Below, in pieces: positions 61,101-64,000 of a DNA stretch of 64,000 bases. The position numbers were made by a program, and so were the translations under genes. The notes beneath the pieces were generated by a model that was given only the letters and a program-made list of their open reading frames with translations, had not been told where the DNA came from and searched no databases. How positions within the stretch are numbered: the stretch's first letter is position 1; every line of letters begins with the position of its first letter. This stretch comes from an uncultured Chloroflexota bacterium. Lineage in GTDB: Bacteria > Chloroflexota > Dehalococcoidia > Lucifugimonadales > CAJXCD01. The DNA lies in the NCBI GenBank assembly GCA_913051545.1, contig CAJXCD010000001.1:236863-300862 (forward strand), written 5' to 3'.

Positions 61101-61383
61101 AACCCTGACCGTCAAATCCATTTTGGTAACGTTGTTTAAAGCCTTGCATCGTTTTGAAGCGTTGGAACAAATCCTTGTATGTGCGCCCCCATCCATGATG
61201 CACTCCCATTGGGTTGTTAGCTGTAATTGGACCATCTATGAATGAAAATCGTTGAGATGATTTATCATTCTTGAGTATGTATTTTTTTACAATATGGTTA
61301 TCTTCCCACCATTTCAGTATGTCCTTCTCCATCATGACAAAATCGATCTTGGAATTTACAATGTCGAACGATTTTTCATCCAT
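58183..61383 (-). CDS. ileS: Isoleucine--tRNA ligase (type 2)
   Basis: 1066 aa. HIGH-type motif PMGVHHGWGR, KMSKS-type motif EMHKSKGN, CP1 editing domain, and Zn-binding CPRCGT / CWRC. Confidence 0.95.
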   Translation of the reverse strand: MDEKSFDIVNSKIDFVMMEKDILKWWEDNHIVKKYILKNDKSSQRFSFIDGPITANNPMGVHHGWGRTYKDLFQRFKTMQGFKQRYQNGFDGQGLWIEVEVEKELGLNSKRDIEKFGIDKFVNLCKDRVLRFAEIQTNQSIRLAYWMDWDNSYHTMSDENNYTIWHFLKVCYENGWVYEGTDVMPWCPRCGTGLSQHEIVTEGYQEIVHPGLYVKFPIVDKENESLLIWTTTPWTLTSNTFAYVHPDLMYSKVETKDKEIFYLMSSRLSELGGEYTVLSEIPGRSLEGIEYHGPFDELPIQQGVKHTVVTSDTVSESEGTGIVHAAPGAGEEDFEISKSKGITVIAPLDESGMFVDGFDWLTGKSVFEVNELIYKSLKQKGIFYRLEKYKHRYPVCWRCNTELVFRLVNEWFISMDALRSQIAKVTRKANWVPGFGLQRELDWLNNMDDWMISKKRYWGLALPIFKCDCGHFDVIGSEQELERRAVEGWEKLKGQSPHRPWIDSIKIECEKCGEKVSRILDVGNPWLDAGIVSFSTLGYRNDHGYWKDWFPADLISESFPGQFRNWFYSLLTMSTALENSEPFRTVFSYALMRDENGDEMHKSKGNAIWFEDAADQMGVDAMRWVYINHNPAANLNFGLGIADESRRRFIIPLWNVYSFFVTYANIDEFNPTLTNSIPLEDRPELDRWITSELNELIVAVTESLEKYDPANACRKMEQFVEFLSNWYVRRSRRRFWKSGTAGPNQGDVDRDKLAAYNTLYNCLTTLTKLLAPFLPYTTESMYQNLVRSFDIGQESVHLESYPVPDLYCIDTDLSASTRLGMRICSIGRAARSQAGIKVRQPLQELYVALPVLEEKDDLEIITPQILEELNVKKLSVVRDEMDFSTRSVQLNMSSVGPKFGNKLSDLKEALLKENPEDIFQQTRKYPDRKDSELDPNCKILIGNFELSHGDVNFTSIDKPGLSVSRDAGYTVAITTDIGIELASEGMARELVHKIQNMRRSAEFDIADQITTYYECDSQLKDVISAHNEYLRQETLSVKLIEGNPPESSYTENHRLDGLSITLGVKR

Positions 61384-61399
61384 TTCTCATGCCTTTCAA

Positions 61400-61692
61400 A
61401 TAGTAAAAACACAAAATCCGTCCCTGTCCTAAGGGACGGATTTTTGAATCCGCGGTACCACCCTGATTCCCCGAAACGAATCGAGACACTCTATGATAAT
61501 TGTAATACTAAATCACGATCTGTCCATTTAACGTTGGACTATTCCGGCGAAACTTACTCTAATTCGGCTCGCGGCTCAGGAGTGATTTTCGTAGGTTCAT
61601 AACGTATCTGCTCTCACCATTTAAGATAAAAATCATTTGATCTAACCAGACTCGCTGAACGCACTTGCCAACTACTCTTCTCCGTCACGGCC
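61400..61692 (-). promoter_or_regulatory. T-box riboswitch leader (probable Ile, AUC specifier) of ileS
   Basis: Minus-strand RNA has stem I GGAGAAGAGUAGUUGG and a specifier region GAAA-AUC-A (complement of 61582..61590). It also has the T-box sequence AUCAGGGUGGUACCGCGG (core at 61451..61463) and a terminator. Confidence 0.8.
61405..61444 (-). terminator. Intrinsic terminator of the ileS T-box leader
   Basis: AAAAUCCGUCCCU / AGGGACGGAUUUU 13-bp stem with a 6-nt loop, followed by GUGUUUUU. Confidence 0.75.
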
Positions 61693-61865
61693 TGTGAAGA
61701 AAGAGTAGTGGAATCATGTTTGTAGTGTCAAGGACTTATATGTTTATATCAGCTTGAGAAGCTAAGAATGCTGACGTATACTTCTGTTATCAAACGTTAT
61801 GTTGTTTAGTTAATTTCAGGTACGAGAATTAGGAACGTTGCTTAGGAAATGACGGAGGTTGATAA

Positions 61866-62948
61866 ATGCAATTAGGCTATTTCACGATGCCCATGCACCC
61901 GCCTGGTTCAGATATTACGAAGACTCTTCATGATGACCTTGATCAAATAGTTTTTCTGGACAAACTTGGATTCACAGAAGCGTGGATAGGCGAGCATTTT
62001 ACAGCCGAATGGGAAAATATATCGGCTCCGGATCAATTTATAGCTATGGCATTGGGTCGAACAGAAAACATCATTTTAGGTACAGGAGTTTCGTGCCTGC
62101 CTAATCACAACCCATTTGTATTGGCTCATAGGATCGCTCAGCTTGACCATCTTGCGAAAGGTAGATTTAGGTGGGGTGTAGGGTCTGGCGGATTCCCAGG
62201 TGATTTAGATGTATTCGGATACGATCCAGCGGGTAGCGAACATCGTAAGATGACAGCGATAACTCTGGATACTATTATAGGCTTGTGGCGTGACCCGAAA
62301 CCAGGTCTCTATGAAACAGAATGGTGGCGATTCACAGTCCCTGAAATAGTTGAAGATTATGGTCAAAGATTTCACATAAAGCCTTATCAGTTACCTCACC
62401 CTCCAATAGGAGTTGCAGGTGTGTCCCCAAATTCTGAAACGCTCCGGATGGCAGGTGAACGTGGATTCATTCCGATGAGTATAAACACTGCTCCACATAC
62501 GTTAATTAAGGGACATTGGGATGCAGTAATGGAGGGTGCGGGCAGGAACGGATCTACCGCGGATAGGTCTATGTGGCGCATAGCACGCGATATCTACGTT
62601 GCAGATACAAATCAACAGGCTCGAGAAGATGCTATTAATGGGACTTTAGGCAGAGATTGGGAAGGATATTTCCTAAAACTTCTTTCTAGAGCTAAAGTGC
62701 TTGATCATACAAAAATAGATCCAGATATGCCGGATTCGGATGTCACATTAGAGTATCTTTTGGACAATATATGGATAGTAGGTACTCCAGACGAAGTAGC
62801 ATCCAAGCTAAGAGATATTTATGATTATGTTGGGGGATTTGGCACATTGCTAGCTATGGGACACGAGTGGGATCCGAAGGAAAAATGGGAGCATTCGATG
62901 GAGCTTCTCGCGAACGAGGTGTTGCCACAATTATCTGATCTGGATTAA
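61866..62948 (+). CDS. LLM-class (luciferase-like) flavin-dependent oxidoreductase
   Basis: MQLGYF...LDKLGFTEAWIGEHF N-terminus typical of LLM/FMNO enzymes. 360 aa. GGAGG RBS. Confidence 0.8.
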   Translation: MQLGYFTMPMHPPGSDITKTLHDDLDQIVFLDKLGFTEAWIGEHFTAEWENISAPDQFIAMALGRTENIILGTGVSCLPNHNPFVLAHRIAQLDHLAKGRFRWGVGSGGFPGDLDVFGYDPAGSEHRKMTAITLDTIIGLWRDPKPGLYETEWWRFTVPEIVEDYGQRFHIKPYQLPHPPIGVAGVSPNSETLRMAGERGFIPMSINTAPHTLIKGHWDAVMEGAGRNGSTADRSMWRIARDIYVADTNQQAREDAINGTLGRDWEGYFLKLLSRAKVLDHTKIDPDMPDSDVTLEYLLDNIWIVGTPDEVASKLRDIYDYVGGFGTLLAMGHEWDPKEKWEHSMELLANEVLPQLSDLD

Positions 62949-62997
62949 TTCTTATAGCTATTTATAGTGGTGTAACTGCATAATTCCGGAGGTACAA

Positions 62998-64000
62998 TGC
63001 AGCCTGGAGAGATAGTGGTTGCCCGACTCGCCAAAGGTATAAAAGTAGTTAGATTTCTAGGTGGTGATGAATTTAGTGTAGAACTCGCGGTTGGTAGGAA
63101 TAAAGTTGCAAAATTACCAATTAGTCGAGTCTTATTAAGCACCGGAATTCTTGATTTAAAAGGTGCCATCGTAGAAGAATTTTCCATGGAATGCTCTAAG
63201 GAATCAATAAAAATAGACATTTCTCGGGCATGGGAACTGATTCAAGGAGACTTTACCCCCCGTGATATCCATCACATAGCCAATTTATATTGGGATTATG
63301 AAATCACAGCGGTTAGGTTGGTAAGTCTCTTAATTCACCTAGAGTCTGGAACTGATCATTTTGTTGCGTCGAATGAAGGCTATGTCCCCAGAACTTCAGA
63401 GGAAATATTGGAGATATGTAATCGTAAAAAGGAAGATGAACAAAATGCCCAAGCTGAATTGATATTCATGGAGAATTTGAATAAAGGAATAATACCAGAA
63501 ACACTTTCTGGCACAGAACTTTCTTTCTTGGATGACTTAAGAGGATATGCTGTGTTCGGTGAGGACTATCATGGATGTGAGATGGCGAAACACCTACTTA
63601 AGCTGAGGGGTAATGCCGAGGATGATTCCCGTAAAAACGCGTTTGATTTACTTGTGTCAGTAGGAATATTTTCAAGAGATGAGCACCTTGAGCTTCATAG
63701 ATCAGGAATACCGTGTGATTTTCCTATTGAAGTATTAGCGGAAACCTCAACGATCAAAATACATAATGTTGTGGGTAGCAATTCTAGAAGAGATTTAACA
63801 CACTTGCCTACTGTTACTATAGACGATTTTGGAACTATGGATCGAGATGATGCTATTTCGTTCGAAAGAGTTGGGGCAGAGTACGAAGAGGGATATGTTG
63901 TAGGTATTCATATTACAGATGTGAGCTCAATTATTCCCAAAGGATCTCCGATGGATTTAGAGGCATCCCGTAGGATATCTACGCTTTATCTGCCAGAAGG
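62998..64000 (+). CDS. RNase II/R family 3'-5' exoribonuclease (3' end beyond window)
   Basis: Open frame from ATG 62998 (GGAGG 6 nt upstream) to the window edge, so it is absent from the ORF track. RNB-domain motifs TIDDFGTMDRDDAIS, VGIHITDVS, STLYLPE. Confidence 0.8.

Noticed and set aside
61668-61711. Inverted repeat CCAACTACTCTTC...GAAGAAAGAGTAGTGG at the 5' edge of the ileS T-box, which could sequester the stem I GA motif
   Set aside because: The distal arm overlaps the likely promoter region (a TTGACA at 61726..61731 on the minus strand) and may not be transcribed. It cannot be evaluated without a mapped 5' end.
1-64000. Search for CRISPR arrays, tRNA/rRNA genes, transposases, integrases, toxin-antitoxin pairs and defence islands
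   Set aside because: I saw no direct-repeat/spacer arrays, no tRNA-like cloverleaf candidates in the intergenic regions, and no ORF with recombinase, transposase or known defence motifs. The window is core-genome-like throughout.

Overview
Gene-dense chromosomal segment with about 60 CDS. I found no rRNA or tRNA genes, CRISPR arrays, transposases or phage genes. Content is mostly housekeeping. In order: thyX; an LprG-like lipoprotein plus MFS pair; an LPXTG surface protein; an imuB-like/dnaE2 mutagenesis cassette; two tandem Zn-alcohol dehydrogenases; ruvB; a split methylmalonyl-CoA mutase, acyl-CoA dehydrogenase and epimerase cluster; UDG family 4; RNase J; ftsK. Next come a T-box(Leu)-controlled ilvB-ilvN-ilvC-leuA-leuC-leuD operon; yceD-rpmF-fabD-nusB-acpP; ilvE; a fused double ABC exporter; and two Ldh_2 oxidoreductases. 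The rest is queA, folD, a metF-like gene, acpS, nnr, ubiE, lysS, rsmD-coaD, rpsF-ssb-rpsR, an htrA-like protease, a T-box(Ile)-controlled ileS, an LLM oxidoreductase, and a 3'-truncated RNase R/II gene that the ORF track misses. T-boxes, RNase J, a sortase substrate, an LprG-type lipoprotein and paralogous ADH/Ldh_2/LLM oxidoreductases suggest a monoderm-type lineage, plausibly marine Chloroflexota (SAR202/Dehalococcoidia-like). That placement is inference only. The most unusual item is a DUF3179 gene (41580..43091, minus). It is interrupted by one in-frame TGA where I recall the family CxxC motif beginning, and a hairpin follows. This makes it a candidate undescribed selenoprotein, and it sits beside a SelA-family PLP enzyme and two Ldh_2 genes on the same strand. 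The second item is an imuB-like gene split at an A6 run, with a Cheo-type LexA box upstream. Start codons are often uncertain because many TTG/GTG starts are possible. All family calls rest on motifs read by eye, not on searches.
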